This document shows positions 10,838-23,620 of a stretch of 37,384 nucleotides of DNA, in pieces; the stretch's first letter is position 1; the number at the start of each line of letters is the position of its first letter. The translations under genes were made by a program, and so were the position numbers. The notes beneath the pieces are model-generated. The model did not search any database. It saw only the letters and a program-made list of their open reading frames with translations, and had not been told where the DNA came from. Source of the stretch: Octopus bimaculoides (lineage: Eukaryota); the NCBI RefSeq assembly GCF_001194135.2, contig NC_068999.1, positions 50,110,460 through 50,147,843 of the forward strand, given 5' to 3'.

Positions 10838-11250
10838 CATTTATTCATTCCTGTAGGATGATTGGTTCATAGGAACATGGTTTAGCCAGCAAGAATCTAG
10901 AACTGAGAAGCTTGAGTGTTAGCACACCTCATCCGTAGCTGTGAGTCTAATAGAAAATTGTCTTAGACTTGGTTGCAGATTTTGTAATAAATACAAACAC
11001 ACACACTGTTGAAAGCTGAGAAAACTTTATACAAGCGTGTAGTTTCTAATCTTCACTGTTAATATTGCTTTTGCAGAAATGTTAGGAATTTGGACAAATT
11101 AAACCGTGTAATCAAAGAAAGCAAAAAGGAATAGTGAGATGTAACCTGAATAATCCTGTTCACTAACTTTAAATTTTAACTCATTTGTATTATTTTCTAG
11201 TTCATGCTATGCACTTTAACAGTTATTAAATTAAAAATTAAATTTATTTA

Positions 11251-11267
11251 AATAAACAATAAATAAA
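11251..11267 (+). promoter_or_regulatory. Clustered AATAAA hexamers, possible polyadenylation signal
   Basis: Three AATAAA within 17 nt. The AT-rich background makes chance occurrence plausible. Confidence 0.2.
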
Positions 11268-11454
11268 CATCTTAACAAAATCTGTTTAACCCTTTAACAC
11301 ACCCACTGTTCACTCTCTTCTCTAATATCTTAAATTTGAAAATATACTGTGCTAAAATCTGTTAGTTTAGTATTGGTTATATTGGAATTCTTCCAACTAC
11401 AACTTCTGTTAGTAATGCTCTTGCAATGGTTAACATATCAAAGCCATATAGCAA

Positions 11455-11458
11455 ATGT

Positions 11459-11545
<87 letters not shown>
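11455..11545. repeat. (TG)n(TA)n microsatellite
   Basis: Direct reading. Confidence 0.93.
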
Positions 11546-11860
11546 TCCGATTTCTGGCTTTGGTTTAATTTTTAAGTGTTTCTTTGTATTAGCTATATTT
11601 CTATATCATAGGAAAACATTATTTCTCTAAATCTGATTCATTACATTTTTGAATCTTCTCTTTAATTACTTTGCACACACACACAAAATGAAAGAGTAAC
11701 TTGTAAAATATTTCTGAAATATAACTTCGGGAAAAAGGAAATCCTATAGATTAATGAAGGTTAACTGTTGACTGAAGTTTGTGCAAAGCATCAGTCAACA
11801 GTTTGGCACACAAAAACAGCATGTATAGATTCTAGTACTACTAGTAATATTAGCAGTCTG

Positions 11861-11898
<38 letters not shown>

Positions 11899-13855
11899 TT
11901 TTATTATTTCTACTTTTAGTTTCTATTAACGCACCTTCGTATTACTACTACTGCTGTTATTTTTTATTATTACTACTACTACCACTGCCTGAAATATCTT
12001 TGAAGATGATTGCTGCAAACCAAATTCCTTGTATCCCTGCTCTCCTGCAAGCGACATTGTCTGGAAATCCTCTTCCTATAACTACTACTGCTTCTTCTCC
12101 ATTTAATTCCTTTGCAGCTAACTGGTGGACTAGGACACAGAATCTCCTGCCCTCTCTCCAACCCTTTACACCACACACACACATACTCAGAACTTACTGA
12201 TCTGTGAATCATGTCATAAATTTTTTTCTTCTCTAAGAGCTTAATTAACGAAAAAAAAAAAATGGAATGAAGGATCTGAAACTTAATTTGTTTTATTCGT
12301 TTATACCTAACAAACCAACTCTAATCACCCCTTTATTTTTTGTTTTCTCTTTCCTAATCCCTTTGCCATTTAATCCTCAAGTCTCACTTACCTACCTTGT
12401 CAGGATTATCCTGTAGCGGACTCCAAGACATGTCTCTTGCCACTGGCTCTTTCACATGTGATGTATTTTTCCAAAGCAGGTGACTTACAGACACATTACT
12501 AAATGATTGCTCAATTCTTTATTATTTGCTCAAAATATGCATCTACCTTACCCCTATTTTTCCCCCTGCCACCTGTCTGCTATTAAGAGTCCAAATTTCA
12601 AAGGTTCAGCTCCCTTTTCCCCCTCTTGTGCCACTAACATACTGGGGTCGATCCATGCAAATCATTGTCATACTTATTCTCCACTCTCTCAAAAATTTAA
12701 ATCATGTGCCAAGCGAAAATCCTTTGCTCAACTGAAGCACCATGGCGTATCGTGTAATTTATGTTAACTAATTACATCTCTTTGTGAGTTTAAATCTCTC
12801 ATGAAGTTTAACTTTGCCTTTCATCCACCCTTCTAGAGTTGTTAAAGAAGAACCAGCCAAATACTGAAGGCAGAGGGTTGATTCAATATCCCTCTCTTTT
12901 TCTTTCTTTCTTCCTCTCTCTCCTTCCTTCCCATACGAATTTTGAGGCATTGTACCAACGAAAAATCATTGTGCTCAGATGAACAAATTGAAAATCTAAA
13001 TCGTAACATTATTTTTAAATCTCTAAAATTTCTTCAGGAAAAAAAATGACTTCCTTTTAAAATACATAAAAAGAAAAAAAAAAAAAATTGGGAAGAGAAA
13101 GTTATGCTGTTTTTTGTTGATTTTTGTTGTTTTTTTTTTTTAATAAAAAAAATCATTTTTGAAGAAAATATAACGGCAAAATATCAATCAGTATTTTACA
13201 ACTTAATTGTGCCAACTTTGTATACGAAAAAAAAAAAAATTAATTGGCAGAAAGCCCTGTGTAAGCATAGCAAGTGTCATGTGATCTCTATTTCCCCTCA
13301 TCAAACGTCATATCACTTTGAACTAAATGAAGATAATTTTTTCATATAACTTTTCTCTTCACACACAACTCGACTCATATACACACACACACACACACAC
13401 CTACATCTCCCACCCTCCTCAACCTTCACTTCCACACTTTCTTGCACCATAATACCACATGGTTCTTGAAGAATTTTCATCAGCATTAAAGGAATGTTTT
13501 GTGCAAATATTTCTCATCCCTTACCATCGATCACTTCTAACACCAAATGACACTGCCTTTTCGTCTATTTGAGTTGGAGCTTTTTTTCTTTTTGTTTGTT
13601 TCTTCTTGAGAAAGTTAAAAAAAAAAAATTATATAAAAAATTCATTAATAAACTTAAAAGGAAAACAAAGCTCAACTTGAAAACATTGAGTGTGAATGAG
13701 CGAGTGTATATGTGAATGTGTTTGAGTGAGTCCAACCATGATCTGATTTGTCTATGATTAGCATTTACTGACTTCAATCTAACTAAAGCCGTGTTTTATC
13801 CTCTTGGTTTGTGTTTATTTCTTTATTTATTGTAATATGTTATTGTTATATATAC

Positions 13856-14229
13856 TTTTTACTCTTTTACTTGTTTCAGTCATTTGACTGCGGCCATGCT
13901 GGAGCACCGCCTTTAAATCGAGCAAATCGATCCCAGGACTTATTCTTTGGAAGCCTAGTACTTATTCTATCGGTTTCTTTTGCTGAACCGCTAAGTTACG
14001 GGGACGTAAACACACCAGCATCGGTTGTCAAGCGATGTTGTGGGGGACAAACACACACATACACATATATACGACAGGCTTCTTTCAGTTTCCGTCTACC
14101 AAATCCACTCACAAGGCTTTGGTTGGCCTGAGGCTATAGTTGAAGACACTTGCCCAAGGTGCCACGCAGTGGGACTGAATCTGGAACCATGTGGTTGGTA
14201 AGCAAGCTACTTACCACACAGCCACTCCT
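13856..14229 (-). mobile_element. tRNA-derived SINE, family A, full length
   Basis: Reverse complement of the 8309-8668 element, with A-box/B-box-like head at 14160-14229. Confidence 0.88.
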
Positions 14230-14370
14230 GCGCCTATATATATTTTCTTTCTTAATTTCCTTCACATCACTGAAACTTGAACGATGAAGATGCTCATATT
14301 TACTTGTCTCTTCTTTTCTTAACTAAAGATGGACATTTTTGTCATTAGGCAAGCAAAAGCGAAATTGTGA

Positions 14371-14614
14371 TGGCACCTGTGCCCAGCGTTGCCTTCCTGG
14401 CACGTGTAAAGACATTCGAGCGGGATCGTTGCCAGTGCCGCTGGACTGGCTCCTGTGCAGATGGCACGTAAAATACACCATTTTGAGCGTGGTCGTTGCT
14501 AGTACTGCCCAATTGGCTCTCGTGCCGGTGGCACTTACAAGCACCTACTACACTCTCGGAGTGTTTGGCGTTAGGAAGGGCATCCAGCTGTAGAAACCCT
14601 GCCAAATCAGATGG
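14371..14614 (+). mobile_element. Repeat family C (RTE-tail-like), with internal gtg…gcac[g/t]ta subrepeats
   Basis: ggcgttaggaagggcatccagctgtagaaac is shared with 33528-33560 and 35881-35915. Confidence 0.8.
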
Positions 14615-16729
14615 TGGCTTTTCCCCTAATTTTTCAATTTTTACATTCGATTTTTTTTTTTTTTTTTTAACATCCGAGGTCATGATTCAAAATTGTACAA
14701 AGCAAATTTCAAAAGAGTTTATATGGATAATTTACAGAAAGACTAGTGAGGTTTTGGGGTTTTTATGTCCTTACAATGTCTAAAGTATACATATACATAT
14801 TGGAAGACAGGGTTTTAAGCGCACTTGGTAAGTTCCGAGTCTATTCAACAAGGATGCCCAAAAATGATTTTGAGAAGACTAGGGCTTTTTTTTCTTCTCT
14901 CTGATTCATAATCTACAATGCTTTAGGCATACATATTCGAAGAAATTAAGGTTTTGGGGAGCACAAGGTAATTTTCGACTCTATTCAATAAAAAAATAGC
15001 CCCAAAAGAAATTGTTTTGCTGTAGACGTCTCAAACGCAAATTGGAAGAGAAACAATTGCTACGAAATTTCAAAGAAATGGGGATATGTATAAACATCAG
15101 GGTTTACTTGGAATACCGAAACGAAAATGAAATATTCGCTGAAAAAGTAACTACGTTTTAAAAATACATTGAGAAAAAAAAATTAGATAAAGTGTCAGCA
15201 ATACTTTTATTTTAAAAATGTGTATACGTAAAACAAAAATCTACAGGTAACTTGGTATTTTAAAGCAATGACAAAAATTATACGACATAGTGATGTATAA
15301 GAAAAGAAATTATAGACTAACCAGGTTTGTGGCCTAATTTTTCGTTTCAGTATTTTAAGTATATCGTGTTCTTATACACACCCTTTGTCAAATTTACCCC
15401 CAAAACGCTGAAGGTTTTGTAAAGATCGCCACCTTACTGCGTTGGGAAGTTTCATATTAGAGAGAACCAAACAAGCTCGTATCCACGTGAAAGTATTAAT
15501 TTCATCTCCTTGATAGTTACACAATCAAGAGTTAGGTACTACTATATCTAAAAGCATTTTCTTACTTTAGCTACGTTTGACGGAGTTTTGGGATGGTTAT
15601 CACAACCTCATGGGGAAGGAATTAATTGGTGAAGAGGCTTTTTTTCTTGTCCTATGTTCCATGCGATGATTCTGAAAGAACGTTTTTTTTTTTCTTTACA
15701 TTTCTTCCCAGCACCCCTCTCCCTATCTAATGCCATGTTTTTCCTTGCCCCGTGAGGTAATGATAGCTTTNNNNNNNNNNNNNNNNNNNNNNNNNNNNNN
15801 NNNNNNNNNNNNNNNNNNNNNNNNNNNNNNNNNNNNNNNNNNNNNNNNNNNNNNNNNNNNNNNNNNNNNNNNNNNNNNNNNNNNNNNNNNNNNNNNNNNN
15901 NNNNNNNNNNNNNNNNNNNNNNNNNNNNNNNNNNNNNNNNNNNNNNNNNNNNNNNNNNNNNNNNNNNNNNNNNNNNNNNNNNNNNNNNNNNNNNNNNNNN
16001 NNNNNNNNNNNNNNNNNNNNNNNNNNNNNNNNNNNNNNNNNNNNNNNNNNNNNNNNNNNNNNNNNNNNNNNNNNNNNNNNNNNNNNNNNNNNNNNNNNNN
16101 NNNNNNNNNNNNNNNNNNNNNNNNNNNNNNNNNNNNNNNNNNNNNNNNNNNNNNNNNNNNNNNNNNNNNNNNNNNNNNNNNNNNNNNNNNNNNNNNNNNN
16201 NNNNNNNNNNNNNNNNNNNNNNNNNNNNNNNNNNNNNNNNNNNNNNNNNNNNNNNNNNNNNNNNNNNNNNNNNNNNNNNNNNNNNNNNNNNNNNNNNNNN
16301 NNNNNNNNNNNNNNNNNNNNNNNNNNNNNNNNNNNNNNNNNNNNNNNNNNNNNNNNNNNNNNNNNNNNNNNNNNNNNNNNNNNNNNNNNNNNNNNNNNNN
16401 NNNNNNNNNNNNNNNNNNNNNNNNNNNNNNNNNNNNNNNNNNNNNNNNNNNNNNNNNNNNNNNNNNNNNNNNNNNNNNNNNNNNNNNNNNNNNNNNNNNN
16501 NNNNNNNNNNNNNNNNNNNNNNNNNNNNNNNNNNNNNNNNNNNNNNNNNNNNNNNNNNNNNNNNNNNNNNNNNNNNNNNNNNNNNNNNNNNNNNNNNNNN
16601 NNNNNNNNNNNNNNNNNNNNNNNNNNNNNNNNNNNNNNNNNNNNNNNNNNNNNNNNNNNAATTAATTTATTTGCCACTAATATAGCATAAGCGGTAATGA
16701 AGAGCTTAATTGCTACAATTAATGAAGTA

Positions 16730-16738
16730 TATAATATA

Positions 16739-16789
<51 letters not shown>

Positions 16790-16790
16790 T
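16730..16790. repeat. (TA)n microsatellite
   Basis: Direct reading. Confidence 0.93.
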
Positions 16791-17639
16791 TATGCACACA
16801 TTAAGATAAAGCCAGATGTTAGTGAAACTATATATATGTGTGTGTGTTTGGTAGAACAAATCAGGAGAAATGGCACTCAATTCATGAGTAATTTTATTTT
16901 TGTAATAGGGCCCCAAGAGTATCGTCCGTGCTTCGGTGCCAATCAGAACTTAAAGTTCCAATCGCATCATGAAAAGTGGCCCACCCAACGATATGACTGT
17001 TGTTTAATACAGAAAGAGTTCAAACAGTGGAATGCTGTGAGGACGAAAATTGCTAACTTGCTTATATTGATGAGTTTGTTACTTTTTAATACTCTCTTGA
17101 CACGAACTAATTATGCCGGGAGTAAATACAATATTAGATTAATACCTTATACAAACTATGTCGTTTCTAAACATTCTTAATCTAGCGTCGCGTGACGTTA
17201 TATTGAAGTAGTAAGCATAGTAAAATTTATATTGAATCTCGCAAAAATAACGAAGTATTTTTTAATGTAAAACATTTTTTAACAATACGAAACACCAAAC
17301 TGTAATTTAAAAAAAACTTTCCCACTTGAACACTCATGTAACCACGTAAATGTATTTTCATATTTACACACACACGTGATGTCGACAAATTACCTCCCCT
17401 TTTGTTTCAGAATTACTAACAATTGCCGCAAGGTTTGTATTTTCTTTCTCCAACTAAGAGGCAAATTTTAAATTCATTTAGAATTTTTATGTGTCATCTT
17501 GTACATTGTCATATATCTGATATATATATATATATATATATATTCCCTTATTGGGACTGTCACGTTAAGTTGGCAATATATATATATATATGTTTAAGTT
17601 CCGTCCAGATTTTATAAATAAAAGGCTCTTTGTTTTTCG

Positions 17640-18990
17640 AGCGCTGGATGGACATCCGTCAGTCGCGCTAAACTGACCAGATATGGAAAGACAGGCAATT
17701 TTTGGTTCACCTTTTCTAGAACCTCCCCGGTCTCCGGATGAGCAGTGCCCTCTCCAAATGGAGCTGCTCAGACACCCATGCAGCAACCGAATCCTACCGC
17801 TGTCTTGGGCGACAAGGAGACGACTTTATATCTAGCATNNNNNNNNNNNNNNNNNNNNNNNNNNNNNNNNNNNNNNNNNNNNNNNNNNNNNNNNNNNNNN
17901 NNNNNNNNNNNNNNNNNNNNNNNNNNNNNNNNNNNNNNNNNNNNNNNNNNNNNNNNNNNNNNNNNNNNNNNNNNNNNNNNNNNNNNNNNNNNNNNNNNNN
18001 NNNNNNNNNNNNNNNNNNNNNNNNNNNNNNNNNNNNNNNNNNNNNNNNNNNNNNNNNNNNNNNNNNNNNNNNNNNNNNNNNNNNNNNNNNNNNNNNNNNN
18101 NNNNNNNNNNNTGCCACCTTGCCGCAGGACTTCCGAATAAAAAAAAAATTTTTTTAGCGCACATGTCGAGTAGGTGTCGGCAATGCCTGCGCTGAGTTTT
18201 AGGTCCACTGAGGCTTGCACAACACCTCATAGACCCTCTCCACTTTATTGACATTATCCAGAGACAAGCCGGAGCAAGATGTCTGGTGCCAATATAAGTC
18301 GCAGGCTCAGGGATGTGGGAGCGCCGTAATCTCTAGCACAAACCAAAGATCCCCAAAATGTCCAATGCCATTCTCTGCATATTTGGTTTTATATCAGAGT
18401 GACCTCCTAGAGACATGCTTCAACAAAAGCGGAGGGGCGCCTCACTCCCAGTGGTCTTTCAGCACGCTGGACACCATCCCGGAATTTCTGCGTACCCGTG
18501 CTATTGCTAGATAGCCGTTGAGCCTGCACTAGGTCCATCCGAGCTTTCGACAGGTCTTGTTTTTAATCCTGCTGTGTTTCTAGCAACCCTCCTCACCATA
18601 ATGTGTGTGTGTCTGTATGTATATATAAACAAGAATGAATTCAGAAAAATAACTGAGAGAGCAGTGTCCTGTATTTGAAGAACGTAAGACAATAGTGATA
18701 TAGCAAATACCATGAAACAGATTTTTGATGTAGTAAAGTCATCTCCGAGCTAGAGGACATGTTCCAATTACTAAATGGTAAACTGTGAGATGAACTCTGT
18801 ATGAGGAGATAACTCACTAGACAAAAATTCTTTAAATTTGACCTGCCATTAAGATAAATGGACAAGCTTATAAATCTGTTTCATGGTATTGTCTGGAGAT
18901 AAGGACAACCGTGGACACATATTACTATCTTAACGGCCGTTAGCAGCAAGACAAACTTGGACTTGCACAAAAAAGAATAGAACAAATCTA
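17640..18990. other. GC-richer, coding-like but stop-ridden island (probable retroelement or pseudogene remnant), split by an N-gap
   Basis: Complex, non-microsatellite composition. Every frame is interrupted by stops. No motif recognised. Confidence 0.3.
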
Positions 18991-19002
18991 TGGCCCAATT
19001 AA

Positions 19003-19258
19003 TTTTATTCCTTTCAGTCATTTGACTGAAGCACCGTCTTGAAGGAAGGGTTTTAGTCGAACAAATCGACCCAAGAACTTATTTTTCATGAGCCTAGTAC
19101 TTATTCTATCGGTCTCTTTTTGTGGAAACGCTAAGTTACGGGGACATAAACACACCAGCATCGGTTGTCAAGCAATGATGGCGCGGGGGCGGACACACAT
19201 ACGACAGGCTTCTTTCAGTTTCTGTCTCCCAAATCCACTCACAAGTCTTTGGTCAGCC
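19003..19258 (-). mobile_element. SINE family A, 5'-truncated
   Basis: agcctagtacttattctatcggt…ctaagttacgggga is nearly identical to 13950-14060. Confidence 0.85.
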
Positions 19259-19541
19259 ATTTTTTATCTATGAACCCCATTGATTACTATTTTATTGTGG
19301 TTGACCTTCATAGCCATTCGATGTTTAAAAACTAGTTTTATAGGAATTTCTTTCAAAATTCCTATTTTGTTTCTCACATGTTAACTTGTGTAGATTGAAC
19401 TATGTAAAATCTTAGAGAAAGAAACATAGTTGTCTCTTGTAATAAATACATGAAAAGCAAGATTTTTTCAGGATCCTCAATTTAATATTTTGTTACGTGG
19501 ATCCCAAAATATCTTATATGGACCACGGTTGAGAACCGCTG
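19259..19541 (-). mobile_element. hAT-like MITE remnant
   Basis: Terminus ggttgagaaccgctg (reverse complement CAGCGGTTCTCAACC) resembles hAT/Charlie-type CAGtGGTTCTCAA ends. Confidence 0.45.
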
Positions 19542-20349
19542 ATTTAAACAATTCATGTCATTCGGTGAAGTTATCGTTCTCTCTTCTCTAAAATACTAAA
19601 CAAGCGAGAGTGTACATGCTCTCTCTCCCCGCTCTCTCTTAGCTTTCTAGAAATAGCAACCAAATCAACTCTCAAATCACACCTCATGAAAGGATATATA
19701 AGAATATAATAATATATATTCCTAAATCGACCGGAAGATAATTTACTAGAATGGTACATCAGGTGTAAGAGTCCCTCGATTAGGGTTGACTTGAGGTTAA
19801 ACAATAACTAATGTTTAAGAATCTTAATTTATCATACTGTACTCTGTTACATTAAACACCATTATATGCACCACTATATTTTATTACAGTAAACAGCACC
19901 ATTATATATTCTATTACATGAAAAAATTAGACGCTTGCATATTTGGCACGTTGACAACTCTGAGGATCTTCGCCGTCTATCCTCCACGAGACCGCATTAC
20001 AATTACAAGGACAGACTAAAGGAATAAAATTAAAACGGTTTATTTATTGCTCAAAACATTTACACGAAAAATACTCAGAACCAGGTTTTCGGTGATGCGT
20101 CTGTAGTGTAAGAAAATCTTATTACATTACGAAAATAGAAAAGAAAAAAGAGGAAAAAAGACGCATAGAAATGACGACGAAAGCCTCGAGATTGTCATAC
20201 GTAAGTATTTCATTTATCTCTGTTGTATAGTTATTTACTTATAACATTAATAGAGCAAGTAATATAATATGTTTTCAAGTTATCTGAAGTTCTCTACCGT
20301 TACACCATAAATAAAACCGCCTCTTCCATTAAGAGAGTGGGGGAGAAGG

Positions 20350-20409
20350 AGGGGTAGATAGATAGATAGACACAATCAGAGATAGACAGAGAAAGAAAGA
20401 GATGTATTG

Positions 20410-20448
<39 letters not shown>

Positions 20449-20585
20449 CAGACAGAGAAAGAAAGAGATATATTGAGATAGATAGATAGACAGACAGAGA
20501 AAGAAAGAGATATATTGAGTGAGAGAGAGGTAGATAGATAGACAGACAGATAATCAGAGAAAGAAAGATATATTGAGATAGATTT
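20350..20585. repeat. (GATA)/(GACA)/(GAAA) compound repeat with ~40-nt higher-order unit
   Basis: gacagagaaagaaagagatatattgag recurs, separated by (GATA)n. Confidence 0.9.
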
Positions 20586-21253
20586 AGAGCGCGTGTAATT
20601 TCCACTGAAGAGTTATGTAGACTCAAAATCCCGATCGCCAACTCTCTTCTCAACGTCAAATTGTTCTTTTAAATACAATATAAATTTATAAGGTAAGGCG
20701 GCATTCAAGGCAAGGCTAGCTTACCAAAAGCAACACCTACGGACCATTTTCATTTAGATATTTGTGGAAGAATTCCAAACCCTCGCCAACGCCATTAACT
20801 AATTAAAGAGATAACCTTATTGGTCCCACCAGTAGCAATTAATTTCGGCAAGCTTTCGAAGTAACTTTTAAACTGAAGCCGAATACGTAACTGTTTTTTG
20901 TTAACCTGATCGTTCACCATAGCGATGTTGCTTCCGAAATAAGAAGATTTGTTGGCATAGAAACATAGAGAGGAATTAGATCCGACTACTTCTTTTCTTG
21001 ATATTCCTCTCCGCAACGAGAAATGAGTAGCGAAGACAAAAAACAATGAGAGGCTAAAATTAAGGATATTTCTTATGCATAAATTAGAGGGATGTTGTTA
21101 TTGAATTTATTTCGTCAGTGGGCCTTTTCATTCGTGATGGAGTAGTAGGAGTGTCGTTGTTTGGTATTTTAAATTTGATGGAACCCATGTCTTTCTTAAG
21201 CCTGAGTACAGCCGATTTCTTTGAGAGAGAAGGAGAGACGAACAAAAATCGGC

Positions 21254-21360
21254 ACTACTTAAATAGAGAGGTCCCGTTTACAGTGCACACTCGTTAGGGT
21301 TAGTTTTAGGTATAGAGCAAGGGTTACGTAGATGCGTAGGGACCTCTGTATTTAAGTAGT
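21254..21360. mobile_element. Small MITE-like element with 22-bp terminal inverted repeats
   Basis: actacttaaatagagaggtccc (21254-21275) versus gggacctctgtatttaagtagt (21339-21360): 21/22 complementary. Confidence 0.65.
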
Positions 21361-22224
21361 ATCCAAAAATTGATCCTAGTTCTAGGCATTTTATTTATCA
21401 ACTTCCAAAAGGAAAAGTAGAACTAGGCGGGATTTGAACTCAAAACACAGAAAGGATTACAGCAAAGATTTACCCAACGGTCTAATGAAAATGCCAAATT
21501 ACCGTTATGTGGTACAGAGGTTGAAGATTGAGTGATATTTTGTTAGTTTCGTAACCTCAAATTAGTACAACTTAGTTACTTACCATCGCTACCGATTAAT
21601 GGATTCGAGCGAGTCTCTGCAGTTTCTCAAATTTAGTTTAACTGGTCAAAATATACTCTTATGTGTTTCATATCGTGTCACTAGAATAACCCAATAAAGA
21701 TAATTAACATTACCCAACCCAATCCATATGGCAGTAAAAGGTTGACAGAATGTGATTTGAAAAGAGCCTCATTAGCACGTAGTAACAAAGCCGTTGGTCT
21801 TTGACGAAGTGGGGAGAACATGTGATACTCGATTGCAGACAGATGTGCGCTGCTTTTCAGTAACCTTCTGCTCAACTGTTCGAGGTGAATGGTGGACTAG
21901 GAGATGGATTCACTACCTACCGCAACTCTCAGATGGATATGAAGAATGCTGCGAAAGGCCGATAATAGCGGCTGAGATACAAGTATCTTATAAGTTGCTG
22001 TTCGAAAGGCAGAACGCCTGGTCTAGATTATCTGCCATACGAGCTTCACGCTTCCTTGCTAGACGTATTCGATGACTGGCAAACCGTCTGCTACAACTGA
22101 CAGCAAAACAAGAATTCCTAGTTCTGTGAACTAAAGAGTGGTAGCATTGCGGAGAGAGAATGCAGGCTTTTCCATTTTTATTTTGTTGTGGAACGATTTT
22201 CTAAGGATCGCAGAACTCATCGCA

Positions 22225-22442
22225 GAAATGCATTTCATCCTTTCGAAGTTGATAAAATAAGTACCAGTTGAACACTGGTTCGATGTAATTGACTTAACCC
22301 CGTTCCACAAGATTTCAGGGCTTCTACCTTTAGTAAAAAGAATTATTACTGAATCGTTAGCACGCCAGACAAAGTTGTTTAGCGGCTTTTATTTTGGCTT
22401 TATATTGAGTTAAAATTCCACTGAGATCGACTTTGTCTTCCT
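22225..22442 (+). mobile_element. SINE family B fragments (tail followed by head)
   Basis: tttcatcctttcgaagttgataaaataagtaccagttg, then gaatcgttagcacgccagacaaa…tcgactttgtcttcc. Confidence 0.65.
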
Positions 22443-22554
22443 AACAATATTACCAACCGTTAGCTACACTCAAAATTATAAATATTGATGAAAAACATAG
22501 AGTCTTCAGTGTACGATTGATCTTTTATTTTTTAGGGTTTTTTTAAAAATCCAT

Positions 22555-22630
22555 TTATTTGTTTCAATCATTGGACTTCGGCCATGCTGGAACATCGCCT
22601 TGAGAAATTTTAATCGAACTAATTTCCGCT
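22555..22630 (-). mobile_element. SINE family A tail fragment
   Basis: tgtttcaatcattggacttcggccatgctggaacatcgcc is similar to 13871-13915. Confidence 0.6.
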
Positions 22631-23489
22631 GAGCGCTCTCTACCATTAAGCTAAGAGACACCTGACATTTATTTCTCTCAGCAGAGATAAAAGTTAAGTC
22701 AAATACAGCAGAGTGAGTTGATTGGGCGCTGACGATCTGGCGTGGCTGACTGGACATTCAACCAGTTTTGGCACTGGAATCAAATACGCACACGCGCGCA
22801 GAAATATACAAGTAGAGAGAATTTAGAGAGGGTGAGGTGGGAGAGAGAGTTATTATAGTTCATTAATTGAGTACGATTGGAAAACATTTCCCTTCTCTTA
22901 CACATAGAGCTAAATATACACACATAAACAGACCGAGATGGAGAGACAGACAGACAGAAACAGAGAGAGATAATGAGAAAGTGGGGAGAACGGGAAAACA
23001 TTAAAATGTCTGATGTCAAATAAGTCAACGTCGAATTACTGATGCTGAATAGACAGCACCACAACAGCTATGCCAAAACGTTTTCTATCCCAAATGCAGA
23101 CAATATTTGAACTCAGAAACGAGCATAAAATAATGTAACTAAATATTGTGAACCATTTTGCTGCCTGACGAAAGTAATCGGTTCTTCTAACATATGCAAA
23201 GTAGATTAATTTTGTTCCAAGATTGCAGAAGCTGAACATGGTGTCCTGTGAGCAGAGTAATTAATGGATAAATATATTCTAGCAGTCTCGTGAATTAAAT
23301 ATACGTTCAGTGGAATAAATTAGAAATTAAGTGGACTGAAAATAAATCGCGGGAGGGGGGAGGGTTGTGGGTGAGGAGAAAGAAAGAAAGAAGAGAAGAA
23401 GAAAAAACCGCGTGGAAGAATTCTAACAGAATTCCACCGCAGGAAATTTGATAGTGAGACAGTAAAGTTTTTGCAACGTACTCAAATAT

Positions 23490-23620
23490 TGAGGAAGAGG
23501 AACAAGAAGAAGAAGGAGGAGGAGGAGGAGGAGGAGGGGGAAAAGCGGTAGAGTGAGGGGGAGTAAAGAGGTAGAGGGAGGAGGAGACTGAAGAGGAGGT
23601 GGAAAAAGAAAAGAAGAAGA
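23490..23620. repeat. (GGA)n/(GAA)n purine tract
   Basis: Direct reading. Confidence 0.88.

Noticed and set aside
1-13000. Overall enrichment of single ACTAAY hexamers
   Set aside because: About one per kb is expected at this base composition; only paired or splice-positioned sites were retained.
21254-21360. pre-miRNA hairpin
   Set aside because: The 63-nt unpaired spacer is too large for a canonical Drosha substrate; a MITE explains it better.
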